Part shown: positions 45,702 through 56,232 of the stretch, in pieces
Layout of the letters: each line of letters opens with the position of its first letter
How positions within the stretch are numbered: the first letter of the stretch is position 1
Assembly: GCA_005223075.1 (NCBI GenBank)
Contig: NJBO01000003.1
Coordinates: 81,555-145,554, forward strand
DNA from: a candidate division TA06 bacterium B3_TA06
GTDB lineage: Bacteria; Hydrothermota; Tepidihabitantia; B3-TA06
Direction of reading: 5' to 3'
DNA length: 64,000 nt
Notes under the pieces: generated by a model
The model's input: only the letters and a program-made list of their open reading frames with translations
What the model was told of the DNA's origin: nothing
The model's database searches: none
Translations under genes and position numbers: made by a program

Positions 45702-48304
45702 TTTCCCTCCCTTCGGGTCTTAACGATTTCTAAAAACGTAGACGTAAGGTCGTCAAGGGATGTTTCGGCGATGCTAGCCTCGGCAAGGGTGGCAGAACCG
45801 CCGCCTCCGCCCTTGAACCTGGAGGCGACTTTTTTAAGTATTTCTCCGGCGGGATAGTCTTTAGAAGTAGACTTAGAGGAGAAGCAGAGCACGGCCAACC
45901 GGTTCTTGTCAGGTGCGGCCAGGAGTCCTACGATGCGCTCTCGTCGGGACTTGAGGGAATCGGCAAGCAGACGCAACTCATCGCGGGAGATGCCTTCGAC
46001 ACGACCGGTAACAAACTCAACGTCGTCAATCTTTTGAGAGTTCTTAAGGACACCTTCGGCAAGACTCTCTACGTACCGGCGGGCGAGCTGCTCTCTTGCC
46101 TTGGTCTCGGCAGAGAGGGTGGACTTTAGCTCTTCGACCCGCTTGACCAGCTTATCCCGTTCTGTGCCTACAAGTTGAGCAAGCTCCGAGATCACCTCTC
46201 GGCCATTCTTGATCTCCTTCCATGCACGCTGGCCGGTAAGTGCTTCTATCCGGCGGATGCCTGCGGCAACACCGGTTTCTGAGGTGATAATGAACATCCC
46301 GATATCGCCGGTGCGATCGAGGTGGGTGCCGCCGCACAGCTCGGCGGATATGAGCTCCTCAGTATTCTTGTCTCTGATTTGAAGTACTCGGACTTCCTCA
46401 CCGTACTTTTCGCCAAAAAATGCCAATGCCCCGAGTTTCTCGGCTTCTTCCCGACTCATTTCGTCTGGCTTCGCTTCATGATTGGCAATTATCCATGCAT
46501 AGACCTGCTTCTCTACCTCTGCTATTTCCTCGGCAGTCATGGGTGAGGGGTGGTAGAAGTCAAAGCGCAGACGTCCGGGTTCTACCAGAGAGCCTTCCTG
46601 CTTTACGTGCTCGCCCAGAACCGCTCGAAGTGCGGCATGCAGCAGATGCGTGGCGGTATGCGCCCGCTCAATCTCCATGCGTCGGGTCAAGTCCACAATT
46701 GCCTTGACCTTTTTGCCCTTTAAGTCCTTGGGAGGCTTACCCTTAACGAACTTCCCATGTATTACCTGTACCCCAGCCTGATTGTAATCGGTATTGAAGA
46801 CTTCTATCTCAAAGTTCTCGCCTATAATCTTACCTGTATCCCCTATCTGTCCTCCCGCTTCAGCATAGAAGGGTGACTTCTCTAGCTGAATGTGAATCTC
46901 TTTAGATTTTTCATTGTAGAGCATCGAGACAATCTTTGTTTTAACTTCTGTTTCATTGTATCCAACGAACTCGCTAGACTCATAAGTGTCTGTCGCTTTT
47001 AGTGTCACTCCCCCAGTGATATCCATTTTCTTCCTCGACTTCTTCCTCTGACCCTCCATTGCCTTCTCGAAACCCTCCAGGTCGACCTCGATTCCCTTGT
47101 GCTTGGCCAGCCATTTGGTCAGATCTATTGGAAAGCCGTGGGTATCGTGCAGCTTGAAGGCATCTTCTCCCGATATCTTTCCCGCAGCCGCGGCATCGGC
47201 AAACAGCCGCATGCCTGCCTCAAGGGTTTTAAGGAAGCGTTCCTCTTCGCCCTTGATCATGAGCGCCACCTGCTCACGGCGTTCTTCGAGTTCAGGGTAG
47301 ACGTGACGCATCTGCTCAATCACATGGCCCGATAGTTTGTACAGGAGTGACTCCTGAATCCCTAAGAGGTAAAGTGCACCTATGGCGCGTCTCAGAACCC
47401 TTCTTATTACGTATCCCTGTTTGGTATTCGATGGCCGTACCCCTTCGGCAATCACGAAGGTGGCTGCACGAACGTGATCGGCGGTTATGGCCAGAAACTC
47501 CCAGGTTTCGGGTGAGATTTTGACTTTTAACGTATCCGCCGCAGCCTGCATTAAAGGATAGAAAAGATCGGTGTGAAAGACAGTTTCAACGTCCTGGGCG
47601 GCCAACACCATACGCTCAAGCCCTGCACCGGTGTCCACTCCGCGGTACTTAAGCAAGGGACGGGAGCCGTCTTCCTGCTGGTCAAACTGAGGGAACACCA
47701 GGTTCCATATCTCGGTGTAGCGCGCTTCGGAGTCGTCTTCTCCCGGACCCGGTCCGCAGTTGCCTTTTTCCCACTTCAAATCCCAGAATATCTCAGAACA
47801 CGGCCCACACGCACCCCTGCCGCCTGCAGGTTCCCAAAAGTTATGCTCATCGCCCAGATAGACCACACGCTCTTTAGGTACTCCCACCACATCACGCCAG
47901 ATCGAAGCCGCTTCCTCATCGGTTTCGTGAACCGAAACCCAAAGCCGTTCGGCAGGCAGCTTCATCACCTGGATGATGAATTCCCAGGCCCAGCGTATCG
48001 CCTCCTCTTTCTGGTAGTCACCGAAGCTGAAGTTGCCGAGCATCTCAAAGAAGGTATCGTGGGTGGCGTCAGAGCCTACTACATCCAAGTCTTCCAACCG
48101 CAGGCACTTCTGCACCGAGACGGCGCGGGTGTAGGGAAGTGGCTCGACCAAACCGGCCCACAACGGCTTGAACTGAACCATACCCGCAACGTTGAAGAGT
48201 ATTGTAGGGTCTCGTTTGGGAACAAGCGGTGCAGAATCCACCCGCGTATGTCCGCGCTCTTCAAAGAATCTAAGGAACGCCTCTCTAAGCTCGGCTGAGT
48301 TCAT
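45698..48304 (-). CDS. alaS: Alanine--tRNA ligase
   Basis: AGMVQFK, TFFEMLGNFSFGDY, EIWNLVF, DTGAGLER, editing HTATHLLH and ELCGGTH, C-terminal GGGGS. Confidence 0.98.
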   Translation of the reverse strand: MNSAELREAFLRFFEERGHTRVDSAPLVPKRDPTILFNVAGMVQFKPLWAGLVEPLPYTRAVSVQKCLRLEDLDVVGSDATHDTFFEMLGNFSFGDYQKEEAIRWAWEFIIQVMKLPAERLWVSVHETDEEAASIWRDVVGVPKERVVYLGDEHNFWEPAGGRGACGPCSEIFWDLKWEKGNCGPGPGEDDSEARYTEIWNLVFPQFDQQEDGSRPLLKYRGVDTGAGLERMVLAAQDVETVFHTDLFYPLMQAAADTLKVKISPETWEFLAITADHVRAATFVIAEGVRPSNTKQGYVIRRVLRRAIGALYLLGIQESLLYKLSGHVIEQMRHVYPELEERREQVALMIKGEEERFLKTLEAGMRLFADAAAAGKISGEDAFKLHDTHGFPIDLTKWLAKHKGIEVDLEGFEKAMEGQRKKSRKKMDITGGVTLKATDTYESSEFVGYNETEVKTKIVSMLYNEKSKEIHIQLEKSPFYAEAGGQIGDTGKIIGENFEIEVFNTDYNQAGVQVIHGKFVKGKPPKDLKGKKVKAIVDLTRRMEIERAHTATHLLHAALRAVLGEHVKQEGSLVEPGRLRFDFYHPSPMTAEEIAEVEKQVYAWIIANHEAKPDEMSREEAEKLGALAFFGEKYGEEVRVLQIRDKNTEELISAELCGGTHLDRTGDIGMFIITSETGVAAGIRRIEALTGQRAWKEIKNGREVISELAQLVGTERDKLVKRVEELKSTLSAETKAREQLARRYVESLAEGVLKNSQKIDDVEFVTGRVEGISRDELRLLADSLKSRRERIVGLLAAPDKNRLAVLCFSSKSTSKDYPAGEILKKVASRFKGGGGGSATLAEASIAETSLDDLTSTFLEIVKTRREGN

Positions 48305-48762
48305 CCGATCTCCTTTAGGGCTTCCTGGATAGCCTCCTGCGAGTAGCCCCTGCGGTAAAGGCCTTGCCTGATGCGTCCGCGGCGCTCGAAGCCCTCAAGT
48401 GAGGAATAACCTTCTGCTTTGGCTCTGGCCCACTCGCAGGCGGAGCGGATTTCCTGATCTGCATGTGCTGCCCATATCTTGGCGAAGAGCTCAGAGCTGA
48501 TCCCCTTTGCGGCAAGCTCGGCTCTTATCAAGCGCTTCCCCTTGTGGGAGATAGTAAGCTTGTGCCTGATCCAGATACCGGTGAAGCGTTCATCGTCAAG
48601 TAAGCCTTGCTCCTTGAGATTCTCGATCTCCACATCGATTGTCTCGTGATCGAATCCCTTGCGACGCAGCCGCTCTCGCATCTCGGCGACGCTTCTTTCC
48701 CGGTAACGCAGGAGTCTCAAAGCCGCTGCCCGAACCCGTTCGCGTTCGTCTTGGGCCTTCAT
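48301..48762 (-). CDS. recX: Regulatory protein RecX
   Basis: ALRLL.YRERS..EMR.RL, LDDERF, I..EL..KGI and L.RRGYS motifs; follows recA. Confidence 0.92.
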   Translation of the reverse strand: MKAQDERERVRAAALRLLRYRERSVAEMRERLRRKGFDHETIDVEIENLKEQGLLDDERFTGIWIRHKLTISHKGKRLIRAELAAKGISSELFAKIWAAHADQEIRSACEWARAKAEGYSSLEGFERRGRIRQGLYRRGYSQEAIQEALKEIG

Positions 48763-48771
48763 GGGCGAACA

Positions 48772-49842
48772 CTAATCCTTCTTCTCCTCTTCCGCTGCTT
48801 CAGGCTCCACGACCTCCTTGGGGGCGGTAGGGGTGGGGAAGAGCTTCTCTCTTGCCTCTTTTTCGAGTTTCTCTTTAGCCTCTGGATTCTCGGCGAGGAA
48901 AGCGATGGCCGCGTCACGGCCCTGGCCCATCCGCTCATCGCCGTAGGAAAACCAGGTGCCGGACTTCTGAACGAACCCAAGGTCCACACCGACATCAACA
49001 AGCTCACCAAGGTAGTTTACGCCCTTGCCGTAGAGGATGTCGAACTCGGCCTTGCGGAAGGGCGGTGCGAGTTTATTTTTTGCGACTTTGATTCTGGTGC
49101 GGTTGCCGATGACCTCGTCGCCCTTTTTGATAGAGGCGATACGCCGGATGTCCAGACGGATGGTTGAGTGGAACTTAAGCGCCAGACCGCCGGGTGTGGT
49201 CTCCGGGTTGCCCCACATCACACCAATCTTCATACGAATCTGGTTAATGAAGATAGCGCAGGTATTGGAGCGAGAGATAACCGCAGTGAGTTTTCTGAGT
49301 GCCTGTGACATAAGCCGCGCCTGAAGTCCCACGTGCGCGTCACCCATCTCCCCTTCGATCTCTGCTCGCGGCACAAGGGCCGCAACCGAGTCGATAACGA
49401 AAACATCTATGCCGCCGGAACGGGTGAGCACCTCTGCGATTTCAAGAGCTTGCTCGCCGGTGTCCGGCTGGGAGAGAAGGAGCTCTTCTACGTTGACTCC
49501 CAGCGCCTGGGCGTAGGACAGATCAAGGGCGTGCTCGGCATCGATGAACGCCGCCTGCCCACCCATCCTCTGAGCACTTGCCACTACCTGAAGCCCAATA
49601 GTGGTCTTACCTGAGGCCTCCGATCCGAAGATCTCGATCAACCTACCTCTGGGAAGCCCACCGATACCCAGAGCGACGTCAAGGGTCAGGGAACCGGTAG
49701 GGATGACCTGAACATTTATCCTTGCAGGACGTTCCCCAAGCCGCATGATAGCACCTTCCCCAAATTGCTTCTGGATTTGGCCGATCGCGGTATCCAACGC
49801 CTTGCGCCTATCGTCCTGCTCCTTTGCTTGACTCTTAGCCAT
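48772..49842 (-). CDS. recA: Recombinase RecA
   Basis: [27 protein letters not shown] and [10 protein letters not shown] motifs. Confidence 0.99.
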   Translation of the reverse strand: MAKSQAKEQDDRRKALDTAIGQIQKQFGEGAIMRLGERPARINVQVIPTGSLTLDVALGIGGLPRGRLIEIFGSEASGKTTIGLQVVASAQRMGGQAAFIDAEHALDLSYAQALGVNVEELLLSQPDTGEQALEIAEVLTRSGGIDVFVIDSVAALVPRAEIEGEMGDAHVGLQARLMSQALRKLTAVISRSNTCAIFINQIRMKIGVMWGNPETTPGGLALKFHSTIRLDIRRIASIKKGDEVIGNRTRIKVAKNKLAPPFRKAEFDILYGKGVNYLGELVDVGVDLGFVQKSGTWFSYGDERMGQGRDAAIAFLAENPEAKEKLEKEAREKLFPTPTAPKEVVEPEAAEEEKKD

Positions 49843-49988
49843 GCATCCTCCTTAGCTCTCCCCGGATAAAGGAAGAGGTCTTAAGATTATTACGCCTCGC
49901 GTCCCTTCCCTTAATCCCTCCTACACCAGCCATACCCATCCTTCCCATCTCAAATATCCTTTTGTCCACATCCCTAACTGTTCTCATC

Positions 49989-51821
49989 TTACTCCACGGT
50001 CACGGTCTTGGCCAGGTTGCGCGGCTTGTCCACGTCGCAGCCACGGAAGCAGGCGGTGTGATAGGCAAGAAGCTGCAAGGGGATAACCGTAAGGAATGGA
50101 AGGATGTAGTCCGGGGCCTCTGGGATGGGGATAAACGCAGCACTGCGCTTGGCCAACTCATGGTCGCCTGCCGTACCCACTGCGATCACCTGTCCTCCGC
50201 GCGCGGCCACCTCTTCGATGTTTGCGTTCATCTTCTCATAGGTCGCATCACGTGGTGCTACGACCACAACAGGCGTCTTTGAATCGATAAGTGATATCGG
50301 CCCGTGCTTCATCTCACCCGCCGGGTAGCCGGTGGCGTGGATGTAGCTTATCTCCTTGAGCTTGAGCGCCCCCTCCAAAGCGGTGGGAAAGTTAACCCCA
50401 CGTCCCAGGAAGAGGTAGGATTTTCGTTTTTGGAATTGCCTGGCGATCTCGCGAATCCGGTGGTCCTGCTTGAGCACCTGGGCCATCTGGTCGGGCAAGG
50501 CCGAAAAGGCTGACTTGATCTTCCTTAACTGCCTTGGTTTCATCGTAGCTTTACGTCGGGCAAGCTCCAGGGTGAAGATAAGGAGTGCAAATAGCTCTGC
50601 AGTGTAGGCCTTGGTTGAAGCCACGCCTATCTCCGGCCCGGCGTGGATGTAGATTGACGAGTCGGACTCACGATCGACAGAGGTTCGTTTCACGTTGACT
50701 ATTGAAAGTACCTTAAGATTGGAGTTGCGACGCGCCGCACGCAGGGCGGCCAGGGTATCCGCGGTCTCACCCGACTGGCTGATGGCGATCATGAGCTCGT
50801 GCTTGCCGAAGATGGAGGTGCGATCTATAAGCTCGGATGCGATCTCGACCTCGGTATGCACGCCTGTGAAGCGTTCGATAAAGTAGCGTGCCACCAGACC
50901 GGCATGGTAGCTTGTGCCGCAGGCCTGGATAAGGATGTGCTCGAAATCAGCAAGCTCCTCAGGGTAAAAGCGATAGGCAGATCCCAGCACGATGCGCCCG
51001 TTGCGTATCCGGCGCTCGAGGCTATTTGCGATAACCTTGGGCTGCTCGAATATCTCCTTGCGCATGAAGTGTCGGTAACGCCCTTTGGAAACCGCCTTGG
51101 GACGGAACTCAATAGGAACAACCTTCGCCTTGATTCGTTTGCCGTCGAATGAATAAACCTCAGGTAGATTGCCCCTATGGATTAGAACCACCTCCCCGTC
51201 GTCAAGAGCTATCATACGCTGGGTGATACCCACAAGAGCCAGCGGGTCGGATGCGAGGGCAAACTCCCCCTTGCCTATACCGACCACCAGGGGTGAACCC
51301 ATCCGGACACCCAAAAGACAATCCGGACGATCGCGCATCACCGCAACCAGGGCAAAACTGCCCTTAAGACGCTTGAGCGTCCGAAGGACAGCCTTCAGTA
51401 GATTGCCCTTGTAGTAAGAGGCCAGAAGATGAGGTATAATCTCAGAATCTGTCTGCGAGACAAACTTATGCCCCTTGGCTTCGAGCTCACGGCGAAGTTC
51501 GGCGTGATTCTCGATGATCCCGTTATGGACGACCGCAAAAAGCCCTTCGGGATCGGTGAAGGGGTGGGCGTTACGCTGAGTTGGCGGTCCGTGCGTGGCC
51601 CAACGGGTGTGACCGATACCTACATCTCCCGAAAGGGGATGCTTCTCTAATGCATCCTTGAGATTCTGCAGCCTTCCGGTGACCTTGGTGATCTTGATCT
51701 TTCCTTCATCTGCGAGGGCGATGCCGCAGGAGTCGTAGCCCCGGTACTCAAGCCTCTCAAGACCAACAAGTATAACCGACTCTATGTCGCGGCTCCCGAG
51801 ATACCCAACTATCCCACACAT
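49989..51821 (-). CDS. glmS: Glutamine--fructose-6-phosphate transaminase (isomerizing)
   Basis: MCGIVG, GHTRWATHG, SQSGETADT and C-terminal PRNLAKTVTVE motifs. Confidence 0.98.
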   Translation of the reverse strand: MCGIVGYLGSRDIESVILVGLERLEYRGYDSCGIALADEGKIKITKVTGRLQNLKDALEKHPLSGDVGIGHTRWATHGPPTQRNAHPFTDPEGLFAVVHNGIIENHAELRRELEAKGHKFVSQTDSEIIPHLLASYYKGNLLKAVLRTLKRLKGSFALVAVMRDRPDCLLGVRMGSPLVVGIGKGEFALASDPLALVGITQRMIALDDGEVVLIHRGNLPEVYSFDGKRIKAKVVPIEFRPKAVSKGRYRHFMRKEIFEQPKVIANSLERRIRNGRIVLGSAYRFYPEELADFEHILIQACGTSYHAGLVARYFIERFTGVHTEVEIASELIDRTSIFGKHELMIAISQSGETADTLAALRAARRNSNLKVLSIVNVKRTSVDRESDSSIYIHAGPEIGVASTKAYTAELFALLIFTLELARRKATMKPRQLRKIKSAFSALPDQMAQVLKQDHRIREIARQFQKRKSYLFLGRGVNFPTALEGALKLKEISYIHATGYPAGEMKHGPISLIDSKTPVVVVAPRDATYEKMNANIEEVAARGGQVIAVGTAGDHELAKRSAAFIPIPEAPDYILPFLTVIPLQLLAYHTACFRGCDVDKPRNLAKTVTVE

Positions 51822-53119
51822 ACTCTTCTCACTCGTTTAAGAATCTTATCCGCCCGCTCCCTCGAATCCGCCTCAAGTATCAATCGCACCACCGGCTCGG
51901 TATTCGAGGGCCGCAGGTGCAGCCAGAAATCCCCCTCCGAGAGCCACAGGCCGTCTCGCGTATCCTTTCTGGCGGAAGGGAAAAAGGAAGAAACCATCTC
52001 CGCTAATCTCTCTGACCATTCCATCTCGAACTTCTCCTTGTGCCGGTGATAGGTAGGCAGCGCATCCACCATCTCGGCGAGAGAACCGTGCTTGCGCTTA
52101 AGCTGGACTAAAACAGCCATGGCCAGAAGCCCGTCACGGGTTCGGTTGAACGAAGGCAGGATAAATCCGCCGTTTCCTTCGCCTCCGCAACACCCCTCGA
52201 TCTCTAAAAGGCGATCAACCACGTGCGCTTCACCTACCGGTGTGCGATGCACGGCAACTCCAGCCTCCTCGGCGACCTGTTCGATAAGCCGAGAGGTTGA
52301 AAGATTGACGACAATATCTCCTTTCCTTCTCTCAAGCGCCCAGCGAGCGGAGAGCGGAACGGTGTACTCCTCGCCCGGAGCCCGACCACGTTCGTCCACA
52401 AAAGCAAGCCGGTCACCGTCCGGGTCGAAGGCGAATCCCACATCAAGCCCCTTCTCCTTTACCAGAGACCTCAACCCTTGAAGATTTTCGGACACAGGTT
52501 CACTGCCTCGTCCGAAACGACCGTTCGGCTCGAAGTTGACGGCATGAACCTCGCAGCCCAGTTCCTCAAGCAGCATTCTCGCCTCAGGTCCGGCCGCACC
52601 GTTCACCGGATCAAGCCCAACGCGCAGGCGAGGCTCCTTTGAGTCCTTTCCAAAAAGCTCAAGCAGTACGGCGAGGTGTCTGTCAAGGGCGTTGACACGC
52701 TCATACCCGCCGTTTAGACCGCCAGATACCGGCCCTTTATCCTTGACAAAATTGATAAATTCTTCGCTTCTAGCGGGTAAAAGGAAGCGACCCGGCTGGA
52801 GGAACTTAAGACCGTTCTGATCAGCTGGATTGTGGCTCGCGGTGATAACTAAACCTGCATCAGCATCAAAGGCCCTGGTGCCAAAGACCGCTGTGGGGGT
52901 AGTGACCATGTTCGCTTCAAGCACCTTGACGCCTAAACGTATCAGTCCCAGCTTAACCGCATCATAGATCTTTGCCCCTGATGTCCGCGCGTCCCTGGCC
53001 AAAAGCACTTCTTTGGCTTCCATGAACCGGGCGAACGCCTGGGAGAGGCCTACGAAATCACCTATCTTAAGGTCTTCCCCGACGACTCCTCGGAGACCTG
53101 CTACGGAAAACTTCACCAT
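51809..53119 (-). CDS. glmM: Phosphoglucosamine mutase / alpha-D-phosphohexomutase
   Basis: ITASHNP, DPDGDR, GGEGNGG and RPSNTEP motifs; start moved to MVKFSVAGLRG; upstream of glmS. Confidence 0.85.
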   Translation of the reverse strand: MVKFSVAGLRGVVGEDLKIGDFVGLSQAFARFMEAKEVLLARDARTSGAKIYDAVKLGLIRLGVKVLEANMVTTPTAVFGTRAFDADAGLVITASHNPADQNGLKFLQPGRFLLPARSEEFINFVKDKGPVSGGLNGGYERVNALDRHLAVLLELFGKDSKEPRLRVGLDPVNGAAGPEARMLLEELGCEVHAVNFEPNGRFGRGSEPVSENLQGLRSLVKEKGLDVGFAFDPDGDRLAFVDERGRAPGEEYTVPLSARWALERRKGDIVVNLSTSRLIEQVAEEAGVAVHRTPVGEAHVVDRLLEIEGCCGGEGNGGFILPSFNRTRDGLLAMAVLVQLKRKHGSLAEMVDALPTYHRHKEKFEMEWSERLAEMVSSFFPSARKDTRDGLWLSEGDFWLHLRPSNTEPVVRLILEADSRERADKILKRVRRVCVG

Positions 53120-53226
53120 CTGGATGATTTTAGCCCTTCTGAAGGGTGATGTCAAGGAGGGCAGAATCCGCCCCGCAACCCATGGCAACATTGGCTGTTG
53201 GAAGGTATTGATTTAGACGTCTGGAT

Positions 53227-53586
53227 TCAACCCTGGTTCTCCTCCAATGACTCCTCTGAGGTTTCGTCTTCCTCACTTTCTTCCTCTTTATCTGCGTCAT
53301 CAAAGAGGGTGCTTCTTTCCGGGAGCTCGATGGGTTCGTTCTCCTCGTCCTCCGGAAATACCGGCCGGCCTGACTTTTTCCCTAACCCCTGCACCTCATC
53401 CAATGATTCCTCATATGAATCTGGTTCCTTGCCTTCCTCGTCATCGCAATAGGATATCTCTAGTGGATTGTCACAGATAACCTTCAGCAACTCGCCGCAC
53501 TCGGGACATTCAAGCTTGTCCCCGACCTTGAGTTCTCTTCTAACAGAAAACCTTGCCTCGCAAGTCGGGCATTCTATCTCGAACAT
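53227..53586 (-). CDS. LysW-like zinc-ribbon protein with long acidic tail
   Basis: CPTC...CPECG.LL.V...P; SD GGAGGT before MFEIEC; lacks the EDWGE terminus. Confidence 0.7.
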   Translation of the reverse strand: MFEIECPTCEARFSVRRELKVGDKLECPECGELLKVICDNPLEISYCDDEEGKEPDSYEESLDEVQGLGKKSGRPVFPEDEENEPIELPERSTLFDDADKEEESEEDETSEESLEENQG

Positions 53587-53866
53587 CGCAAGACCTCCGT
53601 GATAACCAGTAAACGCGATTATAAAATCAGGAACCGGGTTGTCAAGGTATCTAAGTTCTGCCCGCATAAAGATCGGCCCATCCAGATTCATTTCTGCGAG
53701 CTTTTAGCACTCCGGAGCACACGTCGCCTTCAGCGAAAAGGAGCATTAATTTTCGGCATCCCCGTGCGGAGACGAAGTATCCGCGTAGGGTAAGTTGTTG
53801 ACATTAACCCCCAGGGCGTTATCATCACAAATTACAACGATTGAACCAAGAGCTTAAGGAGGCTTT

Positions 53867-54826
53867 ATGATCGGATTTCTGATAGTCATACTCCTCATCG
53901 GAGTGGGTGTGCTTTTGTTCTTCGCCTTCAGGCTTCAGCGGATGCTCGTCAAGCAGCGGGCCACAGGCGAGGTGGGCAAGGGTGGACGCAGACGACCTAA
54001 ACCCCTCGCCTACATCCTGGGAGCGGTGGTTGTACTGTTTCTGGCCATACTGGCAAGCTTCATCCGAATTGTCCCTGTGGGCCACGCACTTGTTATCTTC
54101 TGGATCATCCCAAAGACCTACAGCGTTGCCCGTGAGGGCATCAACTTCATCCCGCCCGTCATCACTCAGACCTCGCTTTACGATCTCAGGCGCATCGACT
54201 ACACCATGTCGAGTGAGGCCGAGGAGGGGCGGCGCAAGGGGGCGGATGACGCGTTGTGGGCGCCTACCAACGAAGGCTTGCAGGTGGGACTTGATCTCAC
54301 CGTCTGGTACCGGTTGAACCCGGAAAAGGTCTTTGATATCCACCGCCTTATCGGACCCGACTTCGAGAATAAGGTGGTGAGGCCCGCTATACGCTCCATT
54401 GTACGCATGGCCATGTCCGGCTACGGTATCATGGACATCTACTCCAACAAACGCGAGGAGATCCAGGATCAAATATACAAGAAAATCAAGCGCCAGCTTG
54501 GACCGGACGGGATAATTATCGAAGGGGTGGCGATCCGAAATGTGCAGTTCACCGGGGAGTTCGCCAAGTCGGTTGAAGAAAAACAGATAGCCCAGCAGAA
54601 GGCCCAGAAGATGGAGTACGTTTTGGAGGAGGAACGCAAGGAGGCGGAGCGCAAGGAGATAGAAGCACAGGGTAAGGCAAAGGCGATCAAGATCGTTTCC
54701 CGTGAGCTTCGCACCAACCCGAACTACATCAAGTACCTCTACGTTGACAAGATCGCCGACGACGTGAAGGTTATCGTTTCCGATCAGTCCACCATCATAG
54801 ATCTCAAAGGGCTTATCGGTCCTTAG
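53867..54826 (+). CDS. SPFH/prohibitin (band 7) membrane protein
   Basis: Two N-terminal transmembrane helices; VRPAIRS..R, F.KSVEEKQIAQQ and EAQGKA motifs. Confidence 0.9.
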   Translation: MIGFLIVILLIGVGVLLFFAFRLQRMLVKQRATGEVGKGGRRRPKPLAYILGAVVVLFLAILASFIRIVPVGHALVIFWIIPKTYSVAREGINFIPPVITQTSLYDLRRIDYTMSSEAEEGRRKGADDALWAPTNEGLQVGLDLTVWYRLNPEKVFDIHRLIGPDFENKVVRPAIRSIVRMAMSGYGIMDIYSNKREEIQDQIYKKIKRQLGPDGIIIEGVAIRNVQFTGEFAKSVEEKQIAQQKAQKMEYVLEEERKEAERKEIEAQGKAKAIKIVSRELRTNPNYIKYLYVDKIADDVKVIVSDQSTIIDLKGLIGP

Positions 54827-54884
54827 ATGAGAGGTTTATCCTGGGTCCCCACAAGAGCGCTTAGCGCTCTTGTGGGGTGAAACT

Positions 54885-55940
54885 GTGTGGCTTGCTGAAA
54901 TCTCCGTCTCTGGTTTTCGCAACCTTGCCGAGCAGGGTCTGGAGTTCGATCCGCGGTCCAACATTATCTTCGGGCCTAACGGCTCGGGTAAGACGAATCT
55001 TTTGGAGGCGATCACCGTCCTTGCCTCGGGCCGCAGCTTCCGTACCATCCAGGACGATCAGCTCCTGGGTTTTGAAGCCCCTCATTTCCGTATAGCCGGG
55101 AAGGCAAGAAGTTCCAAGGATAAGGAGTGGTCTGCGAGGGTTTACTTCTCGCCTGCCGAACGCAAGCACTACTTCTTTGACCGGCGCGAGATAGCCAAAC
55201 GCTCCCTTTATGCCGGTTGGCTGCCTGTGTTCGTATTTCTCTTGGACGACCGCCGCATTGTGGCTGGTCCACCTGCATACCGCAGGGCGTTCATCGACGA
55301 AGCTGTAGCCAAGCTTTCTCACGCTTACCGATGGATGCTTTCAGAGTTCCGCAAACTGCTTGCCCACCGCAACGCGCTGCTGCGCAGGCCTGGAGGCGAC
55401 GATGAGCTTTCGGTATGGGATAAGCGCCTGGCCGAGCTGGCAGGCGAGATCCGCGAGCGGCGCTTGGAGTACTGGCAAAACTTCAATGGTCACTTCCAGC
55501 AGATGAGCCGGCGTTTCCTGCCCGCTGATGAGATTCGGTTGGAGTATCTTCCAAACGTGGGCGGGAAAGAAAACTATCTTGAGGTTCTGGCTCGAAGCAG
55601 GGAGGCGGAGCGTCAGGTTGGCTACACCCGCCGCGGTCCGCACCGCGACGACTTTCGTATTCTTCTCAACTCTCGCCCATTGCGTATCTTCGGTTCCTAC
55701 GGCGAGCATCGGCTTGCAGCCCTTGCCCTTGCCTTGGCCGAGGCCCAGACCGCGTTGGCCGCCGGACGCAGACCCATCTATCTCATGGACGATGTGGCTG
55801 CCGAGCTTGATAACGACAACACACACCTGCTCTTCGATCTTATTCGTTCCAAGGGTCAGCTTTTCTATGCCTCGGCCCACCCGCCCGCACTCGAAGGAAG
55901 ACGTTTTCATGTCAGGCAAGGAAAGATCAGGCCGGTTTGA
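54885..55940 (+). CDS. recF: DNA replication and repair protein RecF
   Basis: FRN, GPNGSGKTNLLEAI, SFR, GPHRDD, GSYGE and LMDDVAAELD motifs; start may be 54870. Confidence 0.95.
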   Translation: MWLAEISVSGFRNLAEQGLEFDPRSNIIFGPNGSGKTNLLEAITVLASGRSFRTIQDDQLLGFEAPHFRIAGKARSSKDKEWSARVYFSPAERKHYFFDRREIAKRSLYAGWLPVFVFLLDDRRIVAGPPAYRRAFIDEAVAKLSHAYRWMLSEFRKLLAHRNALLRRPGGDDELSVWDKRLAELAGEIRERRLEYWQNFNGHFQQMSRRFLPADEIRLEYLPNVGGKENYLEVLARSREAERQVGYTRRGPHRDDFRILLNSRPLRIFGSYGEHRLAALALALAEAQTALAAGRRPIYLMDDVAAELDNDNTHLLFDLIRSKGQLFYASAHPPALEGRRFHVRQGKIRPV

Positions 55941-56232
55941 GCCGCTGGGGCAGGCCCTGCAGCGGGTCATCAAAGGACGGCTGGGCAAGCGGCTTGCCTC
56001 CTATGATGCTTGTAAGGTTTGGCCCAAGGCCGCAGGACCAGAGATCGCTAAAAGATGTGTTGCATTGGGGATAAAATCGGGTATACTTTATGTTGCAGTG
56101 CCAACCAATGTCTGGCTCACCGAGCTTAGTGCTTTAAAGGAGAAGTTGATCCAGAGCATCAACGAGAAGTTGGGGAAGGAGGTGGTGAAGGGAATCAGAT
56201 TTCAAATCGGAGTTTCTAAGAGGAAGAGATGA
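55909..56232 (+). CDS. DUF721 / DciA family protein
   Basis: WP.AAG.EIA, G.LYV.V....W..EL...K..LI..IN..LG motifs; lies between recF and gyrB. Confidence 0.88.
   Translation: MSGKERSGRFEPLGQALQRVIKGRLGKRLASYDACKVWPKAAGPEIAKRCVALGIKSGILYVAVPTNVWLTELSALKEKLIQSINEKLGKEVVKGIRFQIGVSKRKR

Noticed and set aside
51809..51900. glmS ribozyme
   Set aside because: The glmS start overlaps the glmM 3' end, leaving no leader for it.
53587..53866. oriC upstream of the recF-gyrB cluster
   Set aside because: No TTATCCACA-type DnaA boxes or AT-rich unwinding element seen, and dnaA is absent.
55528..55908. Long N-terminal extension of the DUF721 ORF
   Set aside because: It overlaps recF in another frame; the domain begins near ATG 55909.
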